Of a DNA stretch of 64,000 nucleotides, positions 1 through 13,928 are shown piece by piece. The notes beneath the pieces were generated by a model. It searched no databases. It was not told where the DNA came from and worked only from the letters and a program-made list of their open reading frames with translations. The position numbers and the translations under genes are program-made. The stretch is from Marsupella aquatica (taxonomy: Eukaryota; Plantae; Marchantiophyta), in NCBI GenBank assembly GCA_973895155.1, contig OZ316891.1, forward strand, positions 647,558 to 711,557. The letters are read 5' to 3'. The number at the start of each line of letters is the position of its first letter. The first letter of the stretch is position 1.

Positions 1-2550
1 ATTGTATTCAAATTTTGACTATGTGTTTTGTGTCTCAATGCTCTCTAGATATCTGAGTTTTAGTGGAGTGTTGTTGCTATAAACCACTCAAATCTTGTTA
101 CATGTGTATGGTAAACCCCTTTCACATGGCATTCTCCTGGATAGAGAGGTATGCCTTGGGCAAGAAGGATAAATCCATTAAAGGTGCTTTTTTAGGGACA
201 TTGCCCTCATGAAAAGACTTGAGGGTGGTTGTGCTGGGACACTGCCCTTGTGACAAGACTTTAAGTATATAGTGAAGTCCAGTTTACAAGGCATTGTGGG
301 ATATAGTGCCTTGACAAACAAGAGCTTCAAATGCGTAAGAGATTTTTAATTACGGACCCCCATTAGAGGTCCTTTCCAAAATTCCTGCCTCCACAGCGCA
401 CCACATCATCATGGCACGCCACAAACAGGAAGGGACTTGTTTTTGGATAAAATTAACTTTTGCATTTGTGTTTGTGGCAACTTTGGTGTAAAAATTGGGA
501 CGCCATGCCATAAAAAAGAATGTAAAAAATTTGAAATGTAAATCAAGACACAAAAAGATTGAGGTAAAACTGCTCCCAGTAACAGTTTTATTTACATTTT
601 GATTTTATTCAAAACATAACATTTTCCCGACAACAATTTTTGATTTCACATTGTTGAGTCATATCATAATGAAAATTCACGTATAATATGACGTTGAAAA
701 GATCTTGAAGAGACGGCCCTGATGAGCTCAACATTGTCATCATCCGATAAGAATTGAGTAAGTAATTTGAAAAATATATTTTACCCGTGATTCGTAATCT
801 CTAATGTGAATAGAAATCTTTGTTGTACAAGCCCTGAAATGTTGACCCCTTCCATGAGAATGAACCTGAAATTGATAGATTTTATCAAGTACCAAGGAGA
901 TTATGAATTTTAGAATTTTTAAAACTTTTTAATGAACTTCACATTGATAGATTGAGTTGAGTTCTAAGGAGATTATAAGAGTCCAATATTCTCTAGCTTT
1001 CTAATGAGTGTGACATTGGGGGATTTTATCAAGTACTAAAGTGGTCATGAGTTTCTAAATTTCTCTAGCTTTTGATCAATTTTGAATTCCACAATTGGAA
1101 ATTTGTTCCATGAAACTTTTGTCTTAAACAATCATGTGAAGTTAGTGATTGGATGACACCGATGACTTCTCTCTCTTCGTCAATCTGTGTGTAGGAATTG
1201 AAAATTGATTACTTTCGATGCAACTTGAGTGCATCCAGCATCCCTTTGGTATCGTGGAGGAAACCACCGAGCACCATTTTGCTGAAGTGGACAATTAAGC
1301 TACCCACACATTAAACAATAGTTCACATTGCATCTGGTTTTGTGATTGGTGTTAATAATGGTTGCCTTGGTAAATTTGTTTACTTTTTCAAGTGTCAAAC
1401 ATTGACTTGTCTTTTTTTGAATTTATTTTCTTTAGATTTGGAGGTCCATCTAGGCTTCAATTTCTAGATAACTAGTTCTAAAATAACATGAGGGTCCACG
1501 GATTAATTTTACTAATATTCATAAATTTAGAAGAATCTTCTTAATGAATTGATCCAAATTGTGACTGAGTATTAGTGTCCAATAATGCCCTCAAAATTAC
1601 AAAGAGAAAAATGACCAAGGGCATTAAGGTGCTTGGAACTTGATTCAAATTCTTCTTATAATTACATTTTTGGGGAATGTTTGGTAGACGAAAATCTGCC
1701 AAAGCAATTGCCTTGAATGCCATGTCAGATGTCTGAACTGCAAAATACACATCTGGGGAGGGCTGTAAGAACAGTCTTTTGTGTCTCGCTAGGACTTTCG
1801 ATATCCCCGTTTTAAGGAAAAATGCAAGCAAAAAATCTTGGGAGGACTCTAAGAATAGTCGTTTTTGTCTCAGGAGATCTCGGATGGCAAAACATTATGT
1901 GCAGCTGTCGCATTGTATGTTGTTCAATCCTTACACCCGGAACCCTAAACCAGCTGCTGCTGCTAGCCCTGTCCTCCAGTCTCCGCTGCAAAGATGATTC
2001 GAATTGAGTGCACACTAGTTGGATTTAGTCGTAGAATGAATGTGAACAGAAGTGGGGATGGGGTTTTAGCTTCATGCAAGGGTATTGGGCTTGCAAGGGT
2101 TTTGTATGGCGACGGGTTTTAGAGAGTCTCTCTCACTGTGTAAGCTCAGATGGGACATCCCAAACCTTTTGCTCACACAAGATTCCTTATCTAGTTATAT
2201 TAACAAAGTCTCCTTTTCAATAACCTTCTAATATATATATGAAACTTGTAGCGATAAATATGAAAACCCATGAAATCTCGTTCTTGAAAGAACCTGGTCT
2301 TCCTCATAATGTGAAGGTGGTCGAAGGTCAACAGACAATTTCAAGTCAATTTCTTTAAAATGTGCTTTAGATACAATTCGGAAGCGAGTATGCATGAGGT
2401 ACGCCAACTATATTCGAAACTGGTGATCCAAATTTAGAATCAATCTCTGTTTAGGAAAATTACAGACAAGTTCCTGGATATATATACAATCTTCAAGTAG
2501 TATCTAGCTTCTTGCTGTGAAGTGAATTCGTGTTGGGGTCAAATGGTCAT

Positions 2551-5500
2551 TCATTGAACAAAATATAACGAGTACACATCCATCTCGTGCGGCATGTAGT
2601 CTTCCGTGGTGCGATAGCACTTATCTGGAGAATAGTGGTAGAGATTTGTCACTTGACTTGTGTAAAGACACGCAAATCTTTCAACCTGTCCAATCCCAAG
2701 CACAAAAATGTCAATATCTGAAGATTAGGTGTCCTACGTAATCTTCCCTCTTGCCCAAGCATGCGTTTTCTTACCCCATCGGTTACACTTGGCTGTAGAG
2801 CCATCCCATGAGCTTCAACAACGACTGTTTTCATTGGCAGGAGAAAATCTGAACATTCAAATTATGGAAAGATTTTTGTAACGTTACTATTCCACTAGAA
2901 TTCGTGAGTGAAATTTTCATATTGATAGTCTAGGTACTTGACCTGGTGTGCAAAACGTGAGTTTTGGTAGCCTGTTTTCATAAGTTGTCCCCACACCTTG
3001 TGGAACTGTAAAAATAAGAAAAACTATTAGTAGTGTCTGTTGCAGGGAACTTTAAATCTGCTCGCTTCTATTTACCCAATGGGACAAAGTAACATCTTCT
3101 TCAATGACAACTTCTTGAAGCTATTTTGCTTGGTCTCCATTGGACCCTCATAAAAGTCCCAAGACAGGCCAATTAGGTGTGAAATCATATAAGTTGACAT
3201 GTTCTGACTTATAGATTGTACACAACCACTGACAGTAGGGAAGATGATTTCTGTCAAGAAAAATAAATGCATAGCACGGATGAACGGTCATCAGAATGTA
3301 TTATAGCAAGCAATTTACAATGCAGGTTTGTCCATGAAAGCTGGTAAAGAAGGCCTGAACTTACCCTGTGGTGGCATTCTCGTTGAGCGTGACGATGTTG
3401 GTCTCTAATTGTGTCCCTTCGAATCTGCACAAAATTGTAAAATAAAAAATTCTCTGTATATGAGACTCTCAAAGAATCTTAATATTGGTACTATCTGTCA
3501 GCGAATTACCAACAAATCGAGATTTTCCTAGCAATCAACTAACGTCCAGGACCAACCAGAAGGTAGGTTCCAGAAATGTGACTCAATTCTGACACCCATT
3601 GCAGCAAAGCTGGAAAGAGATGTATCTGTCCTCCACACTTAAGGATAAAAAAACCCGATAGCAGGGACAAGGATGAACAACAAATTTGAAACTCCGCAAC
3701 GTATTGAACCACGAACAAGACAGCCGCCTAGAGAATTCCACGATTCCAACTTCGAGCAAGGAGAAAGGTCCAGATGAAAAAGCAATCAAGAATTCAGAGC
3801 ATGTATTCACCTGGATTGATTGAAGCTCAGAATGGACTGCTCTTCCATGTCTGGGCACACGAAACGCTAATCAGAAAGTTGTACTTCTGGAAGAAATTGC
3901 AGCACAGGTCGGTACTTCTTCAAAGAGGACATTTGATTAAAGAACAGCATTCAGCTGATAAAGACTTTGGCGTATGGTGTAAAATAACTGACTTCAAACC
4001 TTGGATATAGTAAGGAATAAACTATAGCAGCTGGAGAACACATAGCCCTCAAGACACGTTCAATTGTGGCAAGGACAAACATACTTTAGTTCCCACTCTA
4101 ACTGCTGTTGGGTGTCCTCCAAAGCATTGCGACGATGTCTCAGCCTCTGAACTTCCTGCATCATAATCCAGCGAATGGAGAAGTGGTTTCAATATGTAAG
4201 AAAGTATGTATACAGAAATACTACAGCACTCCAAGAATCTCTGGCATGTACAATAGAACTGCGAAGTGACTACTCTGGCTACCCTAGTGCCTCACAGGAA
4301 TAAACATGCAAACCTGATATGTCTACGATGGCTATACCCTACAGCCCAGTTCAAAGCATTAAAGGTCAAGCAGAATAAAGGGTCCAAATACCTTGTGGAT
4401 ATCAGCGGTCTCTTGAAGGAGCTCCAGTTCCTTCTCGAGTTCAGGGACCACGAGCATAGTCCTCCATCCTGAATGAACTCCGAGCGAAAATAAATAAATA
4501 GGTGACGCTTGCCGACAAGGGTTACAGCACTTGCGAGAAGAGATTACTAATAGATTGCACCGGGTCCATTCAATCACTGGACTCCAGATCTACAAGATGA
4601 AAATGGAGTTGCCCTGTAGCCATAGTCCAGATTCGTCACATACAAAAGAAAGTAATAACATTTCTCTGAGTACTAACAAAATCCTCTTTCTCGATTTTGG
4701 GGGAATAGTATGCTGAGTCTCTCATCTGAATTAAAGGTAGATACGTTCAACAACTCGAAGACAAGGCAAATCATATGGAAGATTTCGACTTACCAAGAGC
4801 TTTCTTGCTCCGCAAAATATCTCCGTAAATATGGTCTCCAGCATACATCACCTGAGAAAGAAACCTCCGCCGGGGTTATTGGAACTAGATATGCTAAGGC
4901 CGCATTTAAAGTTATTCTTACCCCACATGTGTAAAGTCATGACGTTGTGGTGATCAGAGCCATGCAAAATCTAGGACCAAGTCGACTATCTGAAAGGCAT
5001 AGGTTCCCTCCACACGCAAATGTCTCCATATGTCCTTAATCCACTTTGGTAGGCAGAACATGAAAGTTCCTTGCTAGCATCTAAATTGTCCATCTGCTGC
5101 CCAATGTTTTGTAAAATGATGTTATGGTCTAAATCTCACAATCCAAATGAAGCCAATGGTTTCATGTGTCATCCATACCTGTGCACTCGCCTCGATGGAA
5201 AGTAGTTTGTGAAGATGTGCAACGCCTCCACCCTAGATACATCATCGAGCTCATATTAAATTCATTGACCTTGTTCAGGACCCTTTCACAAGTTTCAAAG
5301 CTGGAATTTTTTCCACATAATTTGGTCTTAAGGAATACGATTCTACTTCAGTGGGAGGTAGTGTTCCTTTTTTGGGTTTCCAGCGAGAAATCCGTAAAAA
5401 TAGTCTGTTGTCGTCTAATTTAGCCCTGGTAGTGCCAACAATTTTAGTCTATGGCATGCACAATCTACCATCGATATCTGGAGATCCATCTCGGGAGGAA

Positions 5501-8500
5501 ACCTTGCCTGAAATACTCTGGCGCCTTGCTTGGACATTATATCTGGAGTAGTTTCCTCGGACATCCCTCCTATCTGTCAGTCACCAGAGCATCAGATTCT
5601 GTGTTCACTTGGGATGCATAGTGGAAGGTGACTAGTGACTTCGGACGACCCCACAAACTGTTTTTGACATTGTGTTTACTGACCCAAACCCATGAAAAAA
5701 TCGATATGTGGAGGGCGTCGACTTTAAACCAAATTTCCCGTTTTATGGCTACCATAGAGAGATTCTCAAGACGGCTCGTACCTGTGCCTGAGGGCTGCCA
5801 TTATCAGTGTTCTTCAGCATACCCGTTTTAATCTCCACTTCAAACAGAGGAGCATGGTTACCATCCTTGAAAAATGCAGGCTTGGCACTGCCCACATAAA
5901 ACAAATATGGAAGAAGAGATTAATCGTTACACTGACCATCGAGTGCACCAAATAAGTCCTGGACTAGCCTTGCTCCACTTGCCGCAAAACATGCAGTTAA
6001 GTGTCAATCAGACTGTGATGCAATGCTTTGTTTCGAGGGAAATTTGGCGAAGCAAGAACTAATTCAATTCTATAAGCCATCCACCGGCAACTTGGTCAGC
6101 AGACTCAAGCCAGCAGTCAAAGAAGTCATGGACTAGAAGACAGGGTATACATCCTCAAGTTAGGTCAAGGAAGACACCTTCCAGTGATAACAACATCAAA
6201 ATAGCTTAGCCAGTCGTGATCACGAGGAATCCCAGTACTTGTCCCTGTCTTTCCAAATAGGTAGTTCATCACTACGTGCGTATAGTCCCATAAACTGCAA
6301 GAAAGGCCACAAAAAAGTCTGTCTTTTCAAGCCAGCCATGAGAGAAGCGACTGCACAGTCAACATCACAAAATGACTTTCTTGAAGTGAACCTCCACTGA
6401 CGTCCCCTAAGGTCCTGTGACAATTGCGAGGGCAGAAATAGCAGCTGGGAAAGCATGACATAAAAACCCAGGAACGCCATGATTTAAAATGACAACAAGG
6501 CAACTTGACTTCCTCTGTATCGTTCCACAACTTAAACATAGATCTTAATATCATCTAACCAGCGATCGGTCTATCGTCAACACCCTTCACGAATTGCTGG
6601 GCACTGGGCTCTGATCTAGAATGTATAACTGCTGGACACCTGAGGAACCAGCCAAACGGTTACGCGAAGAACACCTCACACTCAATGGGTTTTTAAAGAT
6701 CTGTTCCACACTACATAGTGTCAACGTGCCCAACTTCCGCTTCGAAAACACATTTCATACTGAAAATAGAAAGTTGCACCTGCACCTAGTGCAAAACTGG
6801 AGAGAAATACCTATTGGTAACGAGAAAAGTTTTGCGCCCAGATTCTCGGAGCATCTTCAACATTGGCATGATGTTCTGGTCCTCATTTATGTACCTGTAA
6901 GCAGCACAAACAATTTGAACTAAATTTTTGTCATGGCTTTGAGCTGTACAAGCAAACAGGACTTTCGACGACCAGACAGAGATCTAGTTCACTTTGATCC
7001 TCTTTTGTTTTGTGCAGCAGGGGAAATGACGTCCAGTTGTCATACACATCCTGGAATATACCAGATCACCGAGAAACTAATTTCTCTCTTCACCATAGAA
7101 CATTGGTGGGTGCGGCACGAGAACTTATAAGCCTGCAACTCTTGACTTAGGACTTTAGTTTCACATGGGAGGGCATGATGGCAGTCAATGACCAGAAAGA
7201 ATCTGTGACACAGATCAACATGTACATCACCAGTATGAATAAAACGTTGATTCTGGGCTTTCAAATGTAGTCTTGAAGAACTTACATTCCAGGATTACTG
7301 GCAACTGCTTCCTTAAGGGTACCATCTCGGTGGCACAAATCAACCGCTGTCCGAACATGAGTATACATTTGGGAATAACTGCATCAAGTCACAAGCAAGA
7401 CCTGTCATGGGAACTCTATGACGACGATTTGAACGCCACATGTCCAAGCTGACTACTGTATACAGGTCATTCAAGTTTGAAAGACATTCCATACAACTTG
7501 AAAGCAACGCTTTGAATTGAACCGGAAAGGAATTTATACTCAGAGCGTGATGGCAATTTTTCCGGGGAGGCATCCCCAAGCTCCACGAGCTGTGCAAACA
7601 AATAAGCTTCTCCCAGGGAAAATAAGGTGTCAATTAGGGCATAGTCCGGCTCATCAAATGATTCTCTGGAAAGTCCAGTGCCATAGATTGAAGCCCGATC
7701 CTTCCTGGAGATCTCTTGAAAGCCATGATATGCGACTTTCACATACTTGTGTCGATCCATCTGTCACTCAATTGGGAATCCCTCTTCAGTTGCTAGCCCA
7801 GTAAAAGACGTGGACATAACACATAACAAGCCCAGTATGATGAGATAGCCTGGCAGACTAGTTCATGAATGAACTCTCAATTCGACACTCAAGCAAAGCT
7901 ACCTTGAACAAAATTTCTAGTACGCAGCATTCCATCTAAGCTCTGCGGTAGATCTAGTAACGCTTTCAAAAAGTGCACTGGTTCAATTAACAACCAATGA
8001 GCTTCCAGCCAAGAAAACACAATCAAGTTCGGACGCGTGGATGGGCTTTGCTTCGAAACCTTCAGTATATTGCCCCTTTTCTTGTCTAGAACGAGGCCCC
8101 TCACCATGTATCTCCAATCAAACTTCCAGTCCAATATCTGCACAGCAAAAATTAAAAATTATGCATTGAGATTATGTCTTTCATTGCAGCACATTAAACG
8201 TATCGTGGGATTGAAAGGTCCGGCCCAGACAAACTCCCGTGAGTTGTTAACACTGATTTACATTTATACGCCTACTTGTGTCCCTTTTCTCGAACTGTCC
8301 ATTAATGGTTCTGAGACTGGCTCACCTCCAGCGGCTTGCGCCAAAGACGTACAGCAGACTATTAGCATCAAAGTACAACATTGAACAGGGCCCACGGTAA
8401 CCTGCGAAAGACATGCCTAAAAGTTGAAGGCATGACAATACCTCCTTTGGATAATCAAACTTTTCAACAAGCTTTCTGATGGTCCCCTCGTACGCTAGAG

Positions 8501-9509
8501 TCTCGAAAGTCTCAGGTATGTACTGAGCGAGAGTGTAATCCATGTCGAATCCCACTGCTCCGATGCTCTTCATGTTCAGAGACCGATTGCAAAATATCCG
8601 CTTCCTCTTGTCGTCTGTTCTCACCCATCCTAGAGGTTGACCCGTCATGGCTACGCCAAGTGTCGAAATAGCACAATCCATTGGAGAGGAATTCTCCAAC
8701 TTTTGAGTCTCCGCTCCATTGATTCTCCTCATCTTCGAAGGGACCCCTGAATCAACCCATGGCGTGAATTGACAGGAGTAAAGGAAGAAATTGTGCAGCA
8801 CACGTGTTATTGCTAGTAGAATGTCGTTCCCGGGCTTTTGGTGCCCACGGGTTGGTGCCCCTTTGCGTTTAACCTCGTTTTGCGCTCTATAGGTAATATA
8901 CCTTGTTCTTCCCTTTCAAGAAGTACTACTCTGGTAGCCACAAAATTTTGCAGTGCACAAATTGAAGGGATGAGAGGTCAGATACCCAAATGTGCTGCCA
9001 GAAGAGGCTTCACTGTGGAACCGTTACTCATCGGAAGAGAAAACATAGAAATAAAAGATGAAATATAAATTCAATTGAACAAACTCAAGCTATGCATCTG
9101 CGGGAACATCACTATAAAATTGCTGCATCATCAATATGGGCAAGGTTTTCGGAAACAACCCAAAACTAGCAACAACTAGTCAACCTATTGTCTATCCACG
9201 AGCGAGTATCTCATTCCGAGGAATTATACCATGATCTTGCGAGTCCGTCATGTCGTGGGGGAGTGGGCCTCTCTCCTGCCGTCCCGCTGCTGTGCACGAA
9301 AACCATTTTAGTTGGAGAACACGCGTCCCGCCAGGAGGAGGCTCGAAAGAAAATCCCCGTGGGGTCGGAAGATGAGGATGCAGTGATCGGAGAAAATCGC
9401 CATTACTTCGCGGACAGCTACTACCAATGGGGGGTAGGTGAAGCACTGACCAACATGCAAACGACTTGTGCAGGTGGTACAAGGATGAAAGGGACGTTCC
9501 AGGAAGCAT
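2551..9509 (-). CDS. HAD-superfamily subfamily IG 5'-nucleotidase (cytosolic purine 5'-nucleotidase-like, probably organelle-targeted), multi-exon
   Basis: Spliced exons read IFCNRSLNMKSIGAVGFDMDYTLAQY (HAD motif I DxDxT, ~8442-8746), ILDWKFDWRYMVRGLVLDKKRGNILK, MDRHKYVKVAYHG...DTLFSL, YSQMYTHVRTAVDLCHRDGTLK, MLKMLRESGRKTFLVTNS/LWDYT, YFDVVITGS/AKPAFF, VMYAGDHIYGDILRSKK/GWRTMLVVPELE, FHKVWGQLMKTGYQNSRFAHQ/VERFACLYTSQV...MPHE, with the stop at 2551-2553. The first exon (from 9509, transit-peptide-like) is less certain. Confidence 0.93.
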
Positions 9510-11686
9510 TTATGAACACGTCCGCCGCACTGCTCGATTGTTTCTTTATTTCAACTCGCGAGTGTCTTTCCTAGAAGCGAGCAGGATTCATTCAAATTGA
9601 GGACCTGCTAATCAAATGGCGCCTATGGAATCCGGATGAAGTCTTGTCACACACATCACCAGAGTTCACATTTAAGAGCTTTGGCAGAGTGATTGCTCAT
9701 TCATTTCAGTTTGAATACGAGCCAAGGTGTTACGACCAACATCAACAACTTATTCCCCCGCCAGCTATTTGATCGAGCTGAGCGATGCTCCCTTCCTTAT
9801 CTGCAAAAGCTATTAGCACTGTTTGTCTCACAGAGCTCTTGCGATTTATCTATCTACAGACCACCCAAAACTTCCCATATTCCTCCCCCTCCGCTCCCAG
9901 ATCTCAATCCCGTAGCTCAGCTTGCGGAAAAGCATCCAATCCCCCGTCACCGTCCTTGCTTACTATGATTTCCCATGAGCAGATAGATTATCACAGGAAC
10001 ACGAATGAACGAACGAGCGAGCGAACAAGCGAGGACCATCTCTACGATTCACATAGAGGCTGTCATTCATTTGCAGACATCACACCTGGGTATGGCCGAT
10101 GCAGGCAACAAGATGGAACATCATATTGGCCATGGGAAAAAGGTATGTCGTGAATTCCGGGAGCGCTTTTAAAATTTAGAAAACATGAATTAAAACAAAC
10201 ACCATTTGAAAGACACCCCTCCGCAGTAACTCTCACTCACTCCAGCAACGTGCCAGATGCGACCTTCTGCTCTGTTTAGGAGTGCATACCGCTCGGACGG
10301 ACGATTGCCCTCGTCTCCGTGGACTTAATAATGATAACTCGATTTAACTCGCATCTCATCCCAGTGCTATCATAACTGATTGTGAGCCGTTGTCGAGTTA
10401 GACCCGTTCAGCTGAAGATAGGACAGGATGGCCAGCATCACAACAACAGCCACATAGTGGTGCGTCCCTACCACAGAACGGACAACAGTTCATACAGAGG
10501 AAGCTGCGGGATATCCAGTTTTCTGTTCCATTTCGTTTGTCCGGGAAGGGACCCAAAGCAATGCGTGCTTTTCCTCCCCAGATTCACAAGTAAATCAAGT
10601 CGTATACATTTATTTACTTCCTCGTGCAGGAAAATTTGTTTAACATTGACAAAGTGACAAGTACTAACTTATGAAAAGGAAAGTGAGTTCTATCCAGCTT
10701 CCCACTTCATTTATCCGGGATGAGGAAAAAAGTAGTTGCTGCTTTTCCGCTGAATTATCACAACACTAATGACAAATTTATGTGGATAGTACAAACGCTT
10801 TACCTTTAATCAGAATCAATGGATAGCTTTGGTGAGATACCAATATGACCAAAGCGACCGCTCCGAAATAGAAGAGGATACGTGACAAAACAGAGCGCTA
10901 GGAATCACGAATCCTGTCGGAATAGAGACAGTAGTAATTTCCGTGCTGTGCATTTTCTCCTGCAGTTGTGTATTTTGCTTTGTTCATCAGTGGAAACGGA
11001 GGTCTTCTAGAGGAGTTAAAATAACGAAGAAAATAGGCTGCCAAGATTTGGTGAAGAGCGAACAGACATAGGAGATGAATCGGAATAACGTAGAGAAGGG
11101 CGCTATGCAATTGTGACGAGATTCGTTCAAGAGTGAAAATCGACGTAACTGATGTGAAAGCTTCTCGGCGAGAGGCAATTGTAAAACGGACGTCGATGAT
11201 GAGTAAAATTAACGAAGAAAAACACCGTGATAAGCGATTTGACACATTCGACAAGGGATAACAATGCAGTGATGGGAGGAAACGAACTCACCGTTGCTCT
11301 GCTGCACCTCATCTCAACATTCTCAATCTACATTGTCGCAAAACAGCACCAGACCTACGAATTAGCAATCGATTGCGGGAGAGCCCGGTGTTTACTGTTG
11401 TTCCTTCTCCTGTAGCGATTGGGCGCGGCCCTCGTGGGAAAGGACAAACTACAGTCCTTACGTTCTATCACTGTCCCATCGTCTATCGCCTGTCACTCGT
11501 TCCTGGCCGTCGATCGTGCAGGCCCTTAGCTAACCACGGTTAGAACACCAGCGGAAAGGAGGGTTTTCGTGTTTTTTTTTCTGGCTAACCCTCCACGCAA
11601 GCACAGAAGCAGTGAAAATGTGTAGGGTAACACATCCCCACCCAAGAGGGGGGTAATGGGATGTAATCCCATTGGACCCTGAGCCT

Positions 11687-11772
11687 GAGGGGCTTACAAC
11701 CATTATCCGCAAGTGGGGATGAGCTACCGAGGGGCTTACAATCATTATCCGCAAGTGGGGATGAGCTACCGA
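11687..11772. repeat. Tandem duplication, 2 x 42 bp
   Basis: gaggggcttacaa(c/t)cattatccgcaagtggggatgagctacc begins at 11687 and again at 11729. Confidence 0.85.
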
Positions 11773-13846
11773 GAGAACAGCTTTAGTGAATTTTTTGAAC
11801 TATTCAGTTCAGTTGTACAAAGCAAAAGTATGAAATGTCACTATCTGCAACTTGCAATTTACTCTATTTCTTATTCAAATTTCAGAATTCTCAGGCCAGG
11901 CTGGCCCTGGGGTTCCATGGCTTCACCTGGGGGATAATGTCTAATAACCTTGTACACACATACAGAGGAAAAAATTCAGGAGGGTTTACGGCTGTGGGAA
12001 GTCCAGAGTAGAGTTTGATGTTGTTGTGGCTGTGATTTTTCTTTTTGTAATTGTGTGCGATTTATAGAGAAGAATGCAGTTCAGATTTGTATCCAGCACT
12101 AGGACATATGTCCTGTAGTTTTTTGCAGAACAATAAATATCAAAAAGAAATTTAGGTCTATAGGTGCTTGTCTGAGGGCCATATGGGCCCGGTTTGAAGT
12201 GACCAGCACGTAAACTCAGCATTTGCCGGACCAAAATGCCTCTACATATTCCATCTTATTCCCCGGCCCGGCCCGAACTTTTCCCGGCCTCGTCCCGGAT
12301 GCTACCACCCTTCCCGGCAACCAGCCCGGCCCGGCCCCTCCCCGGACCCAGACCCGGACCCGGCCTGCCCCTTCCCGCCCCCGGCTGCTGTCCGGGGCCG
12401 GGCTGGGGCCGGGCTGGGTCCGGGTGGGAGGAGGGGAGGGGCAGGGTTTAGGGTTTAGGCCAATATGAAAATTTCCGTTTACCTGTATTAAAAATATCTA
12501 AAGTAAAAAATCTCTTTGGCCCTTAAATGTATTAAGGTCCTGTTACCAAACATCATGGGCAATAATAGGACCTCAAAACTTGAGCTAAAGCTCTTTTGGC
12601 ATTATGACCTAAAATGCCCTCTAATCAGGATTTTATTGTAGAGATGGTTGTCACATTAGTTCAAGCTTCTTGAAGCTGTCCTTCACTTATCAACCTTCCT
12701 GATTAGTCTTCTTTTGTATTTTAGTTGGTGCTTGTGGGCCATAACCTACTTGCAGGCCCCAAGATTCCCTGATGTAAATCTCTTTGTTACTAGCATGGAT
12801 CAAGGCCTCTACTCTTCCTAAGCTAAACTCACAAGGAGGGTTACTCTCAATAACCTGGGTTATTTGGGGGTTAAAGGTTATAACCCTTGGGGATTACACC
12901 CAATAACCTCAAAACTAAATCCCGGATGTACCTCCACTTTGTCTATGAAGCCCAAGTGGACTGGTGAAGCTTGGATGGACTTGCTCAGAATATTTAAATT
13001 GACTCAGATAACATTATTTACACTTTTGACTGAAATATAACCTGTAAATGGTCTCCTTACCACTTGCAACCAGTTTCAAATACATTATTGAACCAGTTTT
13101 ATAGGTAACTTGACAACTAACTTGATGACCTTGAACCAGAAAGACATCAAGATGTCATGCCATTACATCAGGATTACCATGACATCTTGACCACTTTCTC
13201 CCCAAAGTACTAAACTGTAATGTGTAATGTGCGACTACTCTAGTTCCATTTTTTAGGTGTGAAAGTAACTTTCACTTTATGCAGTACATGGGGATTGGCA
13301 AGGACAATGTCTCGGTACGTCCGGGGCTTTCTTTTCCAATAACCTCCTCTTAGCCTGACTATGATCTGTGGTCCAGTAACCATTATTATTATATTTAAGT
13401 GTAGGAAGTGATGGTGGGCCCGCTAACTCGTGTGCCCCTTTTCACTTTGTCCTTTATTATAATCTCTCCTCATCGCTCTATTCATTCTATTGGGAGGCCC
13501 TGGATAACACCAGGTGTCGCCCGATTCCATGGCAGACGGGTTACGCTAATGCTGTAGATTCATCAGTCCATCCGTCTACGTGCCCTCTCGACACGAGTCT
13601 ACCATAACTGCGCGTCCGCCCCTCATCCATCGTACAGTAGTAGCCCGTCATCCTCCATGATAGTATGATACAGTGATCGCAGCAGCAGCAGAGAAAACAA
13701 ACACCTCGGTGGGTGGAGGAAGAAGATCTTAGCTGCACGAGAGGGAACTGGCGGAATATGTGCTTGCTGGGGCTGAGCTTCAGCGTACGCTTGTAGCGAG
13801 AGAATCTGAGCCGAGCGACGAAGCTCTGCGTTCGGCCAGAAGTGCG

Positions 13847-13925
13847 GAGCAGAGCAGAGCAGAGCAGAGCAGGGCATTTCAGAACATTTTGTTTCCAGCT
13901 GCCGTTGTTGTTGTTGTTGTTGTTG
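13847..13925 (+). repeat. Microsatellites (GCAGA)n and (GTT)n just upstream of the GDT1-like ATG
   Basis: A gagcagagcagagcagagcagagcag run and a gttgttgttgttgttgttgttg run are seen directly. Confidence 0.85.
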
Positions 13926-13928
13926 GAG

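Noticed and set aside
1-2300. Short ORFs and AT-rich sequence at the window start
   Set aside because: No recognisable coding motifs or element termini.
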